NCBI RefSeq assembly: GCF_000150275.1
Contig: NW_002060944.1
Location: 1,288,911 to 1,352,910 of the forward strand
Length of the DNA stretch: 64,000 nucleotides
DNA from: Trichoplax adhaerens
Lineage: Eukaryota; Animalia; Placozoa
Direction of reading: 5' to 3'
This document shows, one piece after another, positions 62,926-64,000 of the stretch (positions are counted from its first letter, which is position 1; each line of letters opens with the position of its first letter). A program made the translations under genes and the position numbers. The notes under the pieces were generated by a model. The model was not told the DNA's origin. It was given only the letters and a program-made list of their open reading frames with translations, and searched no databases.

Positions 62926-64000
62926 ATGTCTATAATATTTATTGATTTTACGTGAGAAAGACCGTTACTTCTTTCAAATATCAATAAAAAAGCAACGTTA
63001 AACTACTTTATCAACCTTCTCGAAAGTGTTGTAAAAATTTTCTATTTATGACTATAGGATACCATGAACATCAGTAAGTATGGTACTCTTGATCACCAAA
63101 AGTAAAGTAGAATTCAAAATCTATGGTAATACGCTAGTGTTTTAACTTTTTTGTAACACAAAAACTGCTTTTAACGGAGGTTAAGCGCAGGCACCAATCG
63201 TTTCTAAGATCAAATTGAACTATGTTTATTATAAAAAGTAATAAGCTCTTTTACGTTTTATCTATTTAAAATACATTAGAGCACTTATAGAACACAAGAT
63301 TAGCCATGATTGGAACACGATCTGTTTTTTTAGCTCATTTATAAATTAGATATGTAAATAATTACTAACAATCTTCATATATAACATTAGTTGATGCGGT
63401 GCGAGCACCGAGACATGCAGCATTGAAAACAACAAGATAGGCAAAATTGATTATGAATTACGATAAGAAATATTTTAGTTCAATGTAAAAATCATTAAAT
63501 GATAGCAGATTCAGAATTTCTAGCTACAATCATCCGGAATAGTATTAACTGAAGACCAATTTATGCTAACAAATGGCTGCTGTGATTTTAAATACGGTTC
63601 TAGTCATATGTTGGTTGAACAGTGGTTAGATATTTATTCAATATAGCTTATAAACCACAATGACTCCGTGTAAAAGAGGTCAGAGTTTACTAGGCGAACT
63701 CAAGTTTGTTGCTAGCGATCATCCCAAGTCTCAACTTCTCGTAGAAGTCCTACATCGGGCTGGACTTTCGCTGTGATATCGTAAACACTAAATAAAGTGA
63801 ATCATCAACTTAACTTCTGTCGTAGCATGATTTTTTGTGGATTATAGCACCAACAGCATGAGTATCAATAGTTCCTCTCAGTATTAATACCAGCCAATAG
63901 CGCAATTGGCAACAATCGCTTCACTTTTTAGTGTACATATTGATATATTGACATAATAATATTTTTCAGCATCAAGTTTATTACTTTTTATTTATTTTGT

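Noticed and set aside
57800-64000. Short hydrophobic ORFs (57849, 58363, 60052)
   Set aside because: No motifs or splice-consistent chain; expected by chance in AT-rich DNA.

Overview
AT-rich, intron-dense eukaryotic (animal) genomic DNA. Short introns, many single-exon class A GPCRs and a GABA-B-like receptor suggest an early-branching metazoan such as the placozoan Trichoplax; this is inferred, not proven. Genes reconstructed by eye from GT-AG boundaries: an intronless class A GPCR (+, 1.0-2.1 kb), a 15-exon RRS1 (+), a 16-exon GABA-B-like class C GPCR (+), an 8-exon GOSR2/membrin (-) head-to-head with an intron-containing tRNA-Leu(CAA) and a 4-exon LAMTOR2 (+), a small SKAP-like dimerisation+SH3 adaptor with no PH domain (+), and two tandem divergent class A GPCRs (-). 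Non-coding structure: four solo LTRs, each with a perfect 5-bp target-site duplication (two are one family, inverted around the GABA-B-like gene); two Helitron-like 3' termini; an 83-bp TIR mini-element; and palindromic TACTG/CAGTA pentamer clusters that sit at the housekeeping-gene starts. All comparisons to human proteins are from recalled sequence and need alignment to confirm.
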